Of a stretch of DNA of 64,000 nucleotides, positions 48,650 to 58,562 are shown piece after piece (position 1 is the stretch's first letter; each line of letters starts with the position of its first letter). The notes under the pieces are model-generated. The model did no database searches, had not been told where the DNA came from, and saw only the letters and a list, made by a program, of their open reading frames with translations. Made by a program: the position numbers and the translations under genes. The DNA is from an uncultured Candidatus Saccharibacteria bacterium (GTDB lineage: Bacteria; Patescibacteriota; Dojkabacteria; SC72), in assembly GCA_964480345.1 (NCBI GenBank), contig CAYZNW010000001.1, positions 1,348-65,347 of the forward strand, given 5' to 3'.

Positions 48650-49021
48650 TTATGATACTACTAAAATTAGTATTAATACAACAATTAATAAAGGGAAACC
48701 TAAAAGAATATCTAATATATGGAATATGTGTAGAAGAAGAACTACTACCAAACCTATCGATATTATTGATGATATTTTAATGGAGGATTTAACAGTTTGA
48801 TTGTAAGTAAGCTCTTTTTTGAATATTAAGTAGAAAAAGTATGAAAGGATTGATATTAATGTAAACATAATTACAAAAAGAAGAATTACTGTTGTTGAAA
48901 CATTTAATATATTTATATTCCCAACTTCATCAAATGGTACGAAAAGGTTGTTCATCAATAAATAGTACAAAAATCCTACAGAGAAAATCAGAAGAAAAAA
49001 ATTTACAAATACAAATTTCAT
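48650..49021 (-). CDS. Small polytopic membrane protein
   Basis: Three hydrophobic helices. Confidence 0.3.
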   Translation of the reverse strand: MKFVFVNFFLLIFSVGFLYYLLMNNLFVPFDEVGNINILNVSTTVILLFVIMFTLISILSYFFYLIFKKELTYNQTVKSSIKISSIISIGLVVVLLLHIFHILDILLGFPLLIVVLILILVVS

Positions 49022-49098
49022 AATATTTATTGCTCTAGGTTTTAAAGATATTTTACTTAATTACTAATATTATGCCATTAAATTTATAGATATTAGTA

Positions 49099-49782
49099 AT
49101 GAATATATTAATTATAGAGAATTCCTCTACTCTTTCACAGGTTCTATCAAAGAGTCTTGATTCGTATGGATATAAAACTACTTTAGATGATGATTCTTTT
49201 CAATCTAAAAAGTTGTTGAAAAAGGGTATATTTGATTTTGTTATTCTTAATACTAACTTAGGGAATAGTAAGAGTTATGAAATATTGGAGAGAATAAAGA
49301 GAGTTAAGAGTGATATAAAGGTGTTAGGAGTATGTAATAAAGGCAACTGGACAGAGAAGGTACAGTTTCTTAATAAGGGAGCTGATGATGTTTTAAGTTA
49401 TCCTTTTCCAATGCAAGAGCTTTTAGCAAGAATACAGACTTTAATTAGAAGACCATCTACTTATGTTGATAAGAATCTGTATATAGGTAAGTTTGTTCTT
49501 GATGTTGATAATAGAGCTATATATAAAGGGAAATCAGAGATAGATGTTAGAAGAAAAGAGTATGATCTTTTCGAATATCTTGTTAGAAATAGTGGAAGAA
49601 TTGTTTCTAGATGTGAGCTTTTAGATCATGTATGGGATTACAGAGAGTATATAGGTTCAAATACTGTAGATGTACATATTAAAAGGTTAAGAGATAAGCT
49701 TGATGACAAAAATATTATAGAAACTATCCACGGTGTAGGATATAAGGCTATAAATAAATCAAAAAAGACTAAATCATCATAG
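49099..49782 (+). CDS. OmpR/PhoB-family winged-helix regulator with atypical receiver lacking phospho-acceptor Asp (orphan)
   Basis: Receiver fold but IIENS (for DD) and ILNTNL (for LLDLML: Asp replaced by Asn); T->C and K->Y at the other phospho-sites; C-terminal trans_reg_C VDVHIKRLRDKL...HGVGYK. Confidence 0.75.
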   Translation: MNILIIENSSTLSQVLSKSLDSYGYKTTLDDDSFQSKKLLKKGIFDFVILNTNLGNSKSYEILERIKRVKSDIKVLGVCNKGNWTEKVQFLNKGADDVLSYPFPMQELLARIQTLIRRPSTYVDKNLYIGKFVLDVDNRAIYKGKSEIDVRRKEYDLFEYLVRNSGRIVSRCELLDHVWDYREYIGSNTVDVHIKRLRDKLDDKNIIETIHGVGYKAINKSKKTKSS

Positions 49783-50890
49783 GCATGACTAGATGGATAA
49801 AGCTATCATCTCCATCTATTTTAAACACGCCTGGTCTTGTTGATTCTGAGCATTCAAATACAATATCCTCACTATCTATATGTGTAAGTACATCATTAAG
49901 AAGTTTTGCACTAAATGCTATTTTAATATCATCTCCTTCTACTTTGCATGAGAGATTACTTTCATTTTTACCTAAGTCACTCTGTACAGCAGAGAGTGAG
50001 ATTTTATTACTAGCTGAAGATATATCTAATATCATCTTATTACCAAGAACTGACCTTGCTATGATGTTGATAATCTTAATAGAATTTACAAAATCACCTT
50101 TTTGAATCATACATTTTGTCTTATATCCTGTTGGAATTATTTGTCTATACTCAGGAAATTCTCCATCTATTAATCTAGATATCAGATCTACATCTGCAAA
50201 TCTAAATAAAACTTGATTCTTGTCATCGATAGTATAAATATTTATCCACTCCTCATCAGTATCTAATGAAGAAACAATATATGAAAGTTCAAGAAGAGCT
50301 CTAACTGGAACTAAGAAATTCTTCTTTGATGCTCCCTTCTCTATTTTTACACTCTGTCTTGATAGTCTTAAACCATCTGTTGATATAAAATGAATAACTC
50401 CATCTTCTATTTCTATTTTAACTCCTGTTAAAACAGGTTTAATATCATCTGTAGCTGCAGCAAAAGCAACTCTTTCTATAGCTGTTACAAGATCACTCTT
50501 TTTTATTCTTACAATTGAATTATCTTTCCCTATTGTAGGAATATTTGGAAAATCTTCAGAAGGCATAGTATTAAAACTAGCAGAGTTATTCTCTGTAGAG
50601 ATATTAAAATTCTGCTTAGAAACATCTACGTCTACCTTCTCTTCCGGTATAGAGTTAACAAATTCTGCTAATTGCTTTGCTGGTACTGTAACAACTCCAT
50701 CCTCTTTAATATCTGCACCTATCCATGTAGTTATACTTAACTCTAGATCTGTTGTTTTAAGAATTAGTTTTCCATCCTTACTTTCAAAAGATACATTGCT
50801 TAATATAGGTAAGCCTGATTTAGTAGCTACTATCCTACTAACAATATTCAAATATTTAGAGAATGTATCCTGATTACAAGAGAATTTCAT
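49769..50890 (-). CDS. dnaN: DNA polymerase III beta sliding clamp
   Basis: MKFSCNQDTFSKYLNIVSRIV...; three-domain length; immediately downstream of dnaA. Confidence 0.9.
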   Translation of the reverse strand: MKFSCNQDTFSKYLNIVSRIVATKSGLPILSNVSFESKDGKLILKTTDLELSITTWIGADIKEDGVVTVPAKQLAEFVNSIPEEKVDVDVSKQNFNISTENNSASFNTMPSEDFPNIPTIGKDNSIVRIKKSDLVTAIERVAFAAATDDIKPVLTGVKIEIEDGVIHFISTDGLRLSRQSVKIEKGASKKNFLVPVRALLELSYIVSSLDTDEEWINIYTIDDKNQVLFRFADVDLISRLIDGEFPEYRQIIPTGYKTKCMIQKGDFVNSIKIINIIARSVLGNKMILDISSASNKISLSAVQSDLGKNESNLSCKVEGDDIKIAFSAKLLNDVLTHIDSEDIVFECSESTRPGVFKIDGDDSFIHLVMPMMI

Positions 50891-51344
50891 ACTTATTTAT
50901 ACAACTAATCTTAACTATTGGGCAGTTTGTTATATGTTTTTATCTTACTTTATTATACAGAAAATTTTATTTATTTGTACTTTCTATTATATTTTTATTT
51001 ATTAAATCTTTTTCGTTTAAGTAGTAGAGAGTATGGATATGTTTATAACTTTATATTTATTTTCTCTAAACTACCTACTACAGAGCTTTTTTTCTATTTA
51101 ATTTATTGTGTATATTTTCTTTTCAAAAGTGTTGTTAGAAGTAAAGAAAGTGTGATATTGAACTAATTTTTTATGTGGATTATTTTACTGGATAACTTTG
51201 GATAAGTTAAATAGGTATGTGGATGAGATAAAATACAGATATATTGTTGTTACAACATATTTACATAAACAATACGTTTCTTTTATGTGGAAATGTAGGA
51301 TAGTTTACCATTAGATATCCATTAGTTATTCACATAGTTGTCCA
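50891..51344. promoter_or_regulatory. oriC part: dnaA-dnaN spacer with AT-rich DNA-unwinding region (about 50940-51120) and DnaA-box cluster (about 51170-51345)
   Basis: Boxes TGTGGATTA, TGTGGATGA, TTATTCACA (each 1 mismatch to TTATCCACA/TGTGGATAA), plus TGGATAAC/TGGATAAG half-sites. Confidence 0.6.
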
Positions 51345-52787
51345 CTAAGCTTTTAAAGTTCTAATACAATTACTTATTTTTTCATCTAATGATTTGTTTT
51401 TATCTCTCTCTTTCTCTATTTTGTCAAAAGCATGGATAACTGTTGTGTGATCTTTCCTATTTACTTCTCTAGCAACTCTTTCTAATGGAAGTTCAAGCTC
51501 TTTTCTAAGAATATACATAACAATTTGTCTACATTGAGCTATATATGCAGTTCTTCTATTTCCTTTTATATCTGATGGTTTAACATCAAATATCTCCCCT
51601 ACTACTGATATTACTTTACTAGGAGTAATTCTTTTTCTTTTGTAATCTATATCTATTTGTAATATTTTGGAAACTTCTTCATCTGAAGGATTTATGCCTA
51701 GTTTAAAAAGAGATGCAACTTTTGTAACTGCACCTTCTAGTTCTCTAACACTGTTTTCAATGTTTTTTGCAATTATATCTATGTATTTATCATCCATTTG
51801 AAGATTTTTTTCTTCTAGGAGTTGTTTTACGATAGCTATTCTTGTTTCGTAATCAGGAGCTTGTATATCTGCTACCATTCCTCCTTCAAATCTTGTTCTT
51901 AATCTATCAGTTATATTTTTTATCTCTTTTGGAGGTCTATCTGAAGCTAATACTATCTGTTTGTCTGCTTGGTACAATGTATTAAATGTATGGAATAGCT
52001 CTTCTTGAGTTCTTGGGTATGTTTCTACAAACTGAACATCGTCTATTATGAGTAAATCTACAGCTCTATATTTATTTCTAAAGTCTTCTGTTCTTTTTGT
52101 TCTGATAGCTTCTACCATTTCATTAAGAAATTGCTCTATAGAGATATATACTACTTTTTTGTTTTGATCTTTCTGTATTACTTCATTTCCAATTGCTTGC
52201 ATAAGATGTGTTTTTCCTAGTCCAGTATTACCGTAGAAAAAGACAGGATTGTAAGCTTTACCTAGATCTTCTACTACAGCTTGAGCAACAGCTTCTGCAA
52301 GTCTGTTATTTGAACCTACTACAAAATTCTCGAATCTGTATTTTGGATTTAGGTATGATTCTTCTAGCTTTTTGGATATAGCATTCTCTTTATTTTCAGA
52401 TTCGGAAAAGAGATTTATCGGCTCATTTGTCTCTGGGTTATGGTATTCATACTTACTTTCTTTCTTACTGTTGTTATTCTCTCTTAGGTTTATTTCTATT
52501 TCATAGTTTTGCCCACTTGCTTTGTTTAATGCTTGTTTTAATGAAGCTTGGTAATCTCTGAGTATTTTTTCCTTTTTATATGTGGAATCACATGATATTT
52601 GCACTACCCCATTATTTATATCTTCTATATATGAATTGTTGAAGATTGCTAGAAAATTTCTGTTGGTAATCATGAGCTTAAGGTGCTCTTTTGTTATTTT
52701 CCATAGCTCGTCAATATCTGTCTGGTTATTGACTGTCTCTGGCTTTTCTAGTTTGTCAAAATATCGTTCAAAGTCTGCTTTTTGCAT
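51345..52787 (-). CDS. dnaA: Chromosomal replication initiator DnaA
   Basis: Walker A GNTGLGKTHLMQAIGN, IDDVQF, C-terminal DNA-binding domain RQIVMYILRKELELPLERVAREV...DHTTVIHA. Confidence 0.95.
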   Translation of the reverse strand: MQKADFERYFDKLEKPETVNNQTDIDELWKITKEHLKLMITNRNFLAIFNNSYIEDINNGVVQISCDSTYKKEKILRDYQASLKQALNKASGQNYEIEINLRENNNSKKESKYEYHNPETNEPINLFSESENKENAISKKLEESYLNPKYRFENFVVGSNNRLAEAVAQAVVEDLGKAYNPVFFYGNTGLGKTHLMQAIGNEVIQKDQNKKVVYISIEQFLNEMVEAIRTKRTEDFRNKYRAVDLLIIDDVQFVETYPRTQEELFHTFNTLYQADKQIVLASDRPPKEIKNITDRLRTRFEGGMVADIQAPDYETRIAIVKQLLEEKNLQMDDKYIDIIAKNIENSVRELEGAVTKVASLFKLGINPSDEEVSKILQIDIDYKRKRITPSKVISVVGEIFDVKPSDIKGNRRTAYIAQCRQIVMYILRKELELPLERVAREVNRKDHTTVIHAFDKIEKERDKNKSLDEKISNCIRTLKA

Positions 52788-53160
52788 AACAGATTTAAGT
52801 TTATATTAGGAGGCAGTTCAGTGAGGGCAGTCAACGGTCGATTGGGACTTTGCTCAATTATATTGATTTTTTTTGTAATGTGGATATCTCTTCTGTTTTG
52901 TTTGTAAAGAGTTGTTGTAAAGGGAATTTTAAGTGCGCTGTTTTTACTCTACTTATTTTAGAGCTTTATATGTGGATACTTTTTGTTAAATACTTTGTTA
53001 GTTGGAAGGCTTGTTACAAAAAGGTTTTCAATATGTATTTATCCTATATATTCTGAAATATTTCTTAAATCATTAAAGTTTATGTAGTAATGAAGAGAAT
53101 TATACATCTCGTTGAACCTGTGATATAATCAGCCTGATTTGATATTTTGATTACTTTATT
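52788..53160. promoter_or_regulatory. dnaA-rpmH divergent intergenic: DnaA boxes (TGTGGATAT, TGTGGATAC) and extended -10 promoter TGATATAAT (about 53118-53130) for rpmH
   Basis: Motifs read directly; classic rpmH<->dnaA divergence. Confidence 0.5.
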
Positions 53161-53337
53161 ATGAAGAGAACATACCAACCAAACAATTTCAAAAGAATAA
53201 AGAAACTTGGTTTTCGAGCTAGAATGAAGACAGCTGGTGGAAGAAAAGTTATTAAGAGAAAGATCCAGAAAGGTAGAAAAGAGTATTCTGTCTCTGAGGA
53301 GTACAAACTTCTTAGAAAGAAACATAAGAATAATTAA
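53161..53337 (+). CDS. rpmH: 50S ribosomal protein L34 (58 aa; below the ORF-track cutoff)
   Basis: [40 protein letters not shown] matches the L34 consensus. Confidence 0.9.
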   Translation: MKRTYQPNNFKRIKKLGFRARMKTAGGRKVIKRKIQKGRKEYSVSEEYKLLRKKHKNN

Positions 53338-53345
53338 ATAGATTT

Positions 53346-53684
53346 ATGATGCCCAAGAGGTATAGGTTGTCTGCAAAAGATTTTCAGTATGTGTTTAAGA
53401 ACGGTGTTCGTACCAAAGGAAAGTTTGGTATGTTGATTGCTATTGAGGTTGGTGCTTCCTCTACTCCTCTATTTGGATTTGTTGTGAGTAAGAAGATAGG
53501 TAATTCAGTGCAGAGGCATAAGTTAACTAGAATGTTGCGATCTATAGCGGTTGATTGTGTCAAAGAGTTATCTTTAAATGTGTGTAATTACCGTTTTGAA
53601 TATATAGCGTTTGTTTTTCCAGATTCTTTTGAAGAGTTGAAGAGGGAGTTTTTTGATCAGGTTAAGAAGAGTTGTTCTAAATAA
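53346..53684 (+). CDS. rnpA: RNase P protein component
   Basis: Position after rpmH; KGKFGMLIAIEV...SVQRHKLTRMLR (RNR-like motif). Confidence 0.85.
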   Translation: MMPKRYRLSAKDFQYVFKNGVRTKGKFGMLIAIEVGASSTPLFGFVVSKKIGNSVQRHKLTRMLRSIAVDCVKELSLNVCNYRFEYIAFVFPDSFEELKREFFDQVKKSCSK

Positions 53685-53700
53685 ATTCGTGCTGAAATAA

Positions 53701-53943
53701 ATGATTAAGAAATTACTTCTTTTGTTAATAAAAGGGTATCAGAAGACTTTTTCTTACGATCACGGTATTGCTGGAAAACTATCTCCTAATCTAAGATATT
53801 GTAGATTTATTCCTACCTGTTCAGAGTATGGCTATGAGGCAATTCGTAAATATGGTGCTTTTAAGGGAAGCTATCTTGCTATTAAGCGGATATTAAGATG
53901 TAATCCATGGAATAAATCAGATAGATTTGATCCTGTTCCTTAA
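53701..53943 (+). CDS. yidD: Membrane protein insertion efficiency factor YidD
   Basis: YQKTFSYDHG...CRFIPTCSEYGYEAIRKYG...CNPW. Confidence 0.85.
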   Translation: MIKKLLLLLIKGYQKTFSYDHGIAGKLSPNLRYCRFIPTCSEYGYEAIRKYGAFKGSYLAIKRILRCNPWNKSDRFDPVP

Positions 53944-54000
53944 TGCAGATTTGTGATATATTCCAAGAGAATTTATATTTGAATTTATATTTACAAAAAG

Positions 54001-54870
54001 ATGTTCTCATTTATTTGGAATAATTTTTTCTACTATCCCTCTCTTAACTTCATTGTCTTTCTCTACTCTATATTATGGGAGAACTTGGGATTAGCTATTA
54101 TTGTGATTGCTGTTGTCTTTAGACTTATTCTTCTTCCTTTAATGAAAAGACAAACTGAGATGACAAAAAAGATGGCTTCTCTTAAGCCTCAGCTTGATGC
54201 TTTGCAGAAGAAATATCAGAATAACAAGGAGAAGTTATCACAAGAGCAGTTGAAATTGTATCGTAAAGTTGGATACAATCCACTTGGGTGTTTAGGTATA
54301 TATGTACCTCAGCTTCTGATTCTTTCTGTTTTAGCTAGTGTAATTAGAAATGTATCATCAGGTAATCTTAATGGTATCTATCCTTTTATTAAGGATTGGT
54401 TTGCAAATGGTGGTGATATTGTGATTAATCATAGATTTTTGTTGTGGGATTTAACTAAATCATTTAATCAGATATCAGGAGAGTTTGGATTCTTTGCTAC
54501 TATCTCTCTACTCTACTTGCTCTTATGTGTATTAGTTGGTGTATCTCAGTATTTGATGTCTAAGTTTACTGTTGTGATGAGAGATCCAGCATCATACTCC
54601 TCTGATAGTAAAAAGAAGGGTAAGAAGGCAGGTAAAGAGGAGAGCTTAGAAGAGATGTCTCAGAAGATGACTAATGTTACTATGCTAATATTACCTGTTT
54701 CTACAGTGTTCATTGCTGCAAATACTTCTGCTGCTTTGAGTTTGTATTGGATTGTTCAGTCATTTATGCTGTTGATTCAGTATGCTATTTTAGATTGGGA
54801 TAAGACGAGAAAGGGTGTTCAGAATATTTTCACTGTTATGAGAGAGAGAAGGAAGAAAGGTTTAGAGTAG
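54001..54870 (+). CDS. yidC: Membrane protein insertase YidC/Oxa1 (short Gram-positive type)
   Basis: Synteny and 5-TM core with LLPLMKRQTEM...KLYRKVGYNP. Confidence 0.85.
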   Translation: MFSFIWNNFFYYPSLNFIVFLYSILWENLGLAIIVIAVVFRLILLPLMKRQTEMTKKMASLKPQLDALQKKYQNNKEKLSQEQLKLYRKVGYNPLGCLGIYVPQLLILSVLASVIRNVSSGNLNGIYPFIKDWFANGGDIVINHRFLLWDLTKSFNQISGEFGFFATISLLYLLLCVLVGVSQYLMSKFTVVMRDPASYSSDSKKKGKKAGKEESLEEMSQKMTNVTMLILPVSTVFIAANTSAALSLYWIVQSFMLLIQYAILDWDKTRKGVQNIFTVMRERRKKGLE

Positions 54871-54919
54871 AGGTAATGTTTTCTGCCCTTGTTTTGACTT
54901 AAATTTTAATAATTTATCT

Positions 54920-55399
54920 ATGAAAGATAAAGAAATAGTTAAGATTGTTAAAGAAGAGGTAGACAAACTATGCTCTCTTTTAGGGGTAGATTGTGAGAAG
55001 GAGTTCTCTGTAGAGGATGCCGATGGTGACATTAAATATATTAAAGTAGCATTTGAGGGTGAGGATTTGGGTTATATGATTGGAAATAGAGGCAGGCATT
55101 TGGATTCCATCCAATTCATTTTGCAAGTTATTTTAGGTAGGAAGTTTAATGAGGAATTTGATTACAGAGTTTTTGTAGATGTTGGTGGGTATAGGAAGGA
55201 GAAGGATTCTAAACTTGAAGAGATTGCTATGCAGAAGGCAGATGACGCTAGAATTCTAGGAGAGAGGGTTGAGCTGTCTCCTATGAAGCCTTCTGACAGG
55301 AGAATAGTACATTTGGCTTTAATGAAATTTGATGATATTAAGACAGAGAGTGAGGGTGAGGGTATGGATAGGCATATTGTAATAACTCCTTTAAAATAA
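54920..55399 (+). CDS. jag: Jag/KhpB (KH + R3H RNA-binding protein)
   Basis: GNRGRHLDSIQFIL (KH) and SPMKPSDRRIVHLAL (R3H); synteny after yidC. Confidence 0.8.
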   Translation: MKDKEIVKIVKEEVDKLCSLLGVDCEKEFSVEDADGDIKYIKVAFEGEDLGYMIGNRGRHLDSIQFILQVILGRKFNEEFDYRVFVDVGGYRKEKDSKLEEIAMQKADDARILGERVELSPMKPSDRRIVHLALMKFDDIKTESEGEGMDRHIVITPLK

Positions 55400-55409
55400 T
55401 TACTGTTAG

Positions 55410-56879
55410 ATGTTTAAATCTATATTTAGTAAAAAGAATATTCCTTTTCTATTGCTAGATATTATACTGATTACTTCTAGCTTCTTCTTTGTGAGTGAAT
55501 CTTTTGGAAGATTTCTATTTGTACTTATTACAATACTCTTCTATATCCTTATCTCCTATATTTTCAAAAACAGAGTCATTGGAGCTTTACTGTTCATCTT
55601 TTCTATTCTACCTTTTAATGTTACCTATCAGATGCCAAGTAGTGTTGAAGTTTTTGGAACAACACTCTCTTTATATGATCCTTATGTTAATGGAGTGATT
55701 GTTAATTATCTTATTCCCACTATATCGATAGTAGATCTAGGAATATTTTTACTACTCTACTCTGTTCTGTTTACATATGGGTTAGATCCTTTTAAAAGGA
55801 TCTTTTTAAAATACAAATACTGGTTAATATTACTTCTAATATATTTCATATTACGCATTCTTCTTCAGTTTGATTTATTAGTTTTGCTTAATTCTTTTAG
55901 AATTATAGGAGTTCTCCTCTCACTGTTTGTAATAATTCCTATTATTAAAGAGTATCAGTTGTTTAAGAAGAACTTAAAGTTTCTCTTCTTACTCATACTA
56001 TTTGTGACTGTTTTAACAGAGGGAGTATTCTCTGCATCACAAGTTCTGAAAGGATCCTCGTTAGGTTTCCCTTTTTTAGGAGAATCTCAAGTTGTTTCTG
56101 GTATGAGGGGTTCGAGTTTTGTAGAGTTTGGTGGGCAATTGTTTCTGAGAGGTTACGGTACTTTCCCACATCCAAACATTTTGGCAGGTTTTCTTCTCCT
56201 AGCTTCTGTAATAGCTTTCTCTGTGATATTTAGAAGTAAAGGGTACACAAGATTGTTAAGTATTTTTATTTTATTATCTTCCTCTATTTTTGTTCTGTTC
56301 TCTCTATCTAGAATAGCTATATTCTTATTTGTTTTTAATTATTTAATTGTTTTGATTTGGAAGTTGTATGAAAGCTTTAAGAAAGTTAAGGTTTTTTCTT
56401 TTAATTTCTTACCTCTACTTTATTTATCTGAACGATTTGCAAATATTTTTGATGCTAAAGATAATAGTTTGGTTGAAAGAGAGCAGTTGATGATAGCGTC
56501 ATTTAAGGTCATGGAGAGAAACTTCTTGATTGGAACAGGAGTTGGTAATTTTGTACGAGCTATGGCTGATTTTGTACCACGTAGTTTGAAAGGTATTATG
56601 ATATTGCAACCTGTTCATAATATTTTCCTCCTCTCGTTAAGTGAATTTGGTTTGTTAGGGTTTGTTTTCTTCTGGGGTATGATTTGTAAATATCTTTATG
56701 TGAATATAAAGAGGTTTACATTTTTAACCTTTATAGCTTTGGTTGATATTTTGGTGATAGGTTCATTTGATCACTATCTTCTTTCATTACCACAAGGTTT
56801 AGTGATATTTATATCCTTCTTACTACTTGCGATACTAAATTCCGATTCGTCGAAGCAGGATGAATATTATATAGAGTAG
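55410..56879 (+). CDS. Polytopic membrane protein, O-antigen ligase/Wzy-like
   Basis: 10-12 TM helices; central loop with SLSRIAIFLFV reminiscent of Wzy_C; weak. Confidence 0.4.
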   Translation: MFKSIFSKKNIPFLLLDIILITSSFFFVSESFGRFLFVLITILFYILISYIFKNRVIGALLFIFSILPFNVTYQMPSSVEVFGTTLSLYDPYVNGVIVNYLIPTISIVDLGIFLLLYSVLFTYGLDPFKRIFLKYKYWLILLLIYFILRILLQFDLLVLLNSFRIIGVLLSLFVIIPIIKEYQLFKKNLKFLFLLILFVTVLTEGVFSASQVLKGSSLGFPFLGESQVVSGMRGSSFVEFGGQLFLRGYGTFPHPNILAGFLLLASVIAFSVIFRSKGYTRLLSIFILLSSSIFVLFSLSRIAIFLFVFNYLIVLIWKLYESFKKVKVFSFNFLPLLYLSERFANIFDAKDNSLVEREQLMIASFKVMERNFLIGTGVGNFVRAMADFVPRSLKGIMILQPVHNIFLLSLSEFGLLGFVFFWGMICKYLYVNIKRFTFLTFIALVDILVIGSFDHYLLSLPQGLVIFISFLLLAILNSDSSKQDEYYIE

Positions 56880-57749
56880 GATTAGTACCATGCCCTCTTT
56901 CTTACTTATGTAGTATTTCTTTCCTAACAGAGCAAAAATCCAGAAGAATAGTATGGTTACTAATATGAAGATGAGCTCTCCTATGAAGTTTGTGAAGTTA
57001 AGAGTGTGTATTGAAGATGCGATTCCAGGTATTAGAAGCAGATTTACAAGAGTGGATCCTAGAATATTTCCAAGGCTTAGCTCCAATCCTCCCCTTCTTA
57101 TTGCAATGATTGATGTTACGAGTTCAGGTATTGTTATGACTATAGCTATGAAGAAAAAGCCAAGCATGGAGTTTTCTATACTGTATCTTGTTGCAAAAAG
57201 CATTAATGTATCTATGAGTAGCTTTCCCATCATTATTACGAGTACTAGAGATATTATTAATGAGAGGATATTAAATTTTGTTCTTATTTTAGGAAGTGTT
57301 TGTTGATTATGCTTGTTTACAATGATTATGCTTACTATGAATGTTGAGAGCATTATAATTCCACCCCACCATTGTAGCTGTCCTTTTGATACCAATACAA
57401 AAAAAGTTAAAACTATGGCTCCTGCTAAGGTTACGGGTATATTTTTCTTTGTGTCTATTTCAAGTAGTTTATATTTTGAAAAGAAAGCTAAAGCTCCAAG
57501 AAGAAGAGTTATATTTACTAAAGCACTGCCTAGGAATGTTGATATTGTTACGTCTGTGTGCCCTACTATGGCCGAGTACAGTGATATTGTGATATCAGGG
57601 AGTGCTGTACCTATACTTACTAATGTAAATCCTATTAAGAATCCACTAATTTTTAACTTCTTTGCTAATGCTAATGATTGTTTTACAAATAGGTCCGCAG
57701 ACCAAAGAAGAGCTGTGAAATAGATTATTATTAATAGGGCATGTAGCAT
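56835..57749 (-). CDS. Ca2+/Na+ antiporter (CaCA family, YrbG-like)
   Basis: Two alpha-repeats: GTALPDITISLYSAIVG and GNILGSTLVNLLLIPG. Confidence 0.8.
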   Translation of the reverse strand: MLHALLIIIYFTALLWSADLFVKQSLALAKKLKISGFLIGFTLVSIGTALPDITISLYSAIVGHTDVTISTFLGSALVNITLLLGALAFFSKYKLLEIDTKKNIPVTLAGAIVLTFFVLVSKGQLQWWGGIIMLSTFIVSIIIVNKHNQQTLPKIRTKFNILSLIISLVLVIMMGKLLIDTLMLFATRYSIENSMLGFFFIAIVITIPELVTSIIAIRRGGLELSLGNILGSTLVNLLLIPGIASSIHTLNFTNFIGELIFILVTILFFWIFALLGKKYYISKKEGMVLILLYIIFILLRRIGI

Positions 57750-57751
57750 TA

Positions 57752-58123
57752 TTATTGTTGTTTAGGCAGATGCTCACACGCTATCTCATCTTTATCTCCG
57801 TCTAATCTGTTTGTATCTTCACTTGATCCTCCAGCATTTATGAAGAATGTTTGTGATTCATCCTGTGTTGCAAAATCTTCACAGTTATATTCATCTGTGT
57901 ACTTTCCTCCTTCTGTTACAACATTTCCAGATTTGTCTCTTTTAACTTTTGCTTCTTTAAGAGATTCGCCTTTTAGGATTTTTCCGAGATCCCAGTCATT
58001 ATTTGTTGCTTCTAACCCTGCTCCGCCTACTAATAGGACGAGGACGCCACCGAAGACATATTTAAGAATATTTTTTGTCTTTGGGCTTAATGTTGAAAGT
58101 GATTTTAATTTTGGTATTTTCAT
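57752..58123 (-). CDS. Secreted protein with C-terminal Excalibur Ca-binding domain
   Basis: Signal/TM; DTNRLDGDKDEIACE (DxDxDGxxCE). Confidence 0.6.
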   Translation of the reverse strand: MKIPKLKSLSTLSPKTKNILKYVFGGVLVLLVGGAGLEATNNDWDLGKILKGESLKEAKVKRDKSGNVVTEGGKYTDEYNCEDFATQDESQTFFINAGGSSEDTNRLDGDKDEIACEHLPKQQ

Positions 58124-58293
58124 ATGCTTAGAGTACTGAATATAAGAAATAAGCTACGATTAGGATTAGTATTACTAGGAGTACTAACCTTACTGTTTTG
58201 TTCCCACGAAGTTCTTTGAAACTTTTCATAGGTATACAGATAAATTTATTGATATTAATAGTAGCATTTTATGATGACAGCAACAAGTGGGAA

Positions 58294-58380
58294 CGGAGAG
58301 AGTGGGATTCGAACCCACGGTATGATTTCTCATACGCTCGCTCTCCAAGCGAGTCCTTTCGACCACTCAGGCATCTCTCC
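58294..58380 (-). tRNA. tRNA-Ser (anticodon GGA)
   Basis: GGAGAGA acceptor, long variable arm, anticodon stem CTCGC/GCGAG with loop TTGGAGA, T-loop GGTTCGAATCC. Confidence 0.8.
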
Positions 58381-58443
58381 AAGATACGGTATTCTAACAA
58401 AATCTCTTGTTATTTACCATGGTTAATACTTTAGGATATAGTA

Positions 58444-58520
58444 TGGCGTACCTGGCCGGAATCGAACCGACAACCTACTGCTTAGAAGGCAATTGCTCTA
58501 TCCGATTGAGCTACAGGTAC
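58444..58520 (-). tRNA. tRNA-Arg (anticodon UCU)
   Basis: GTACCTG/CAGGTAC acceptor, anticodon loop CTTCTAA, T-loop GGTTCGATTCC, CCA encoded. Confidence 0.8.
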
Positions 58521-58562
58521 ATGTCAGAGAGATTCTATCAAGAAATCAGCTGAAAATAAAGG

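Noticed and set aside
58198-58434. 78-aa ORF on the plus strand
   Set aside because: Overlaps tRNA-Ser(GGA) on the opposite strand; artefact.
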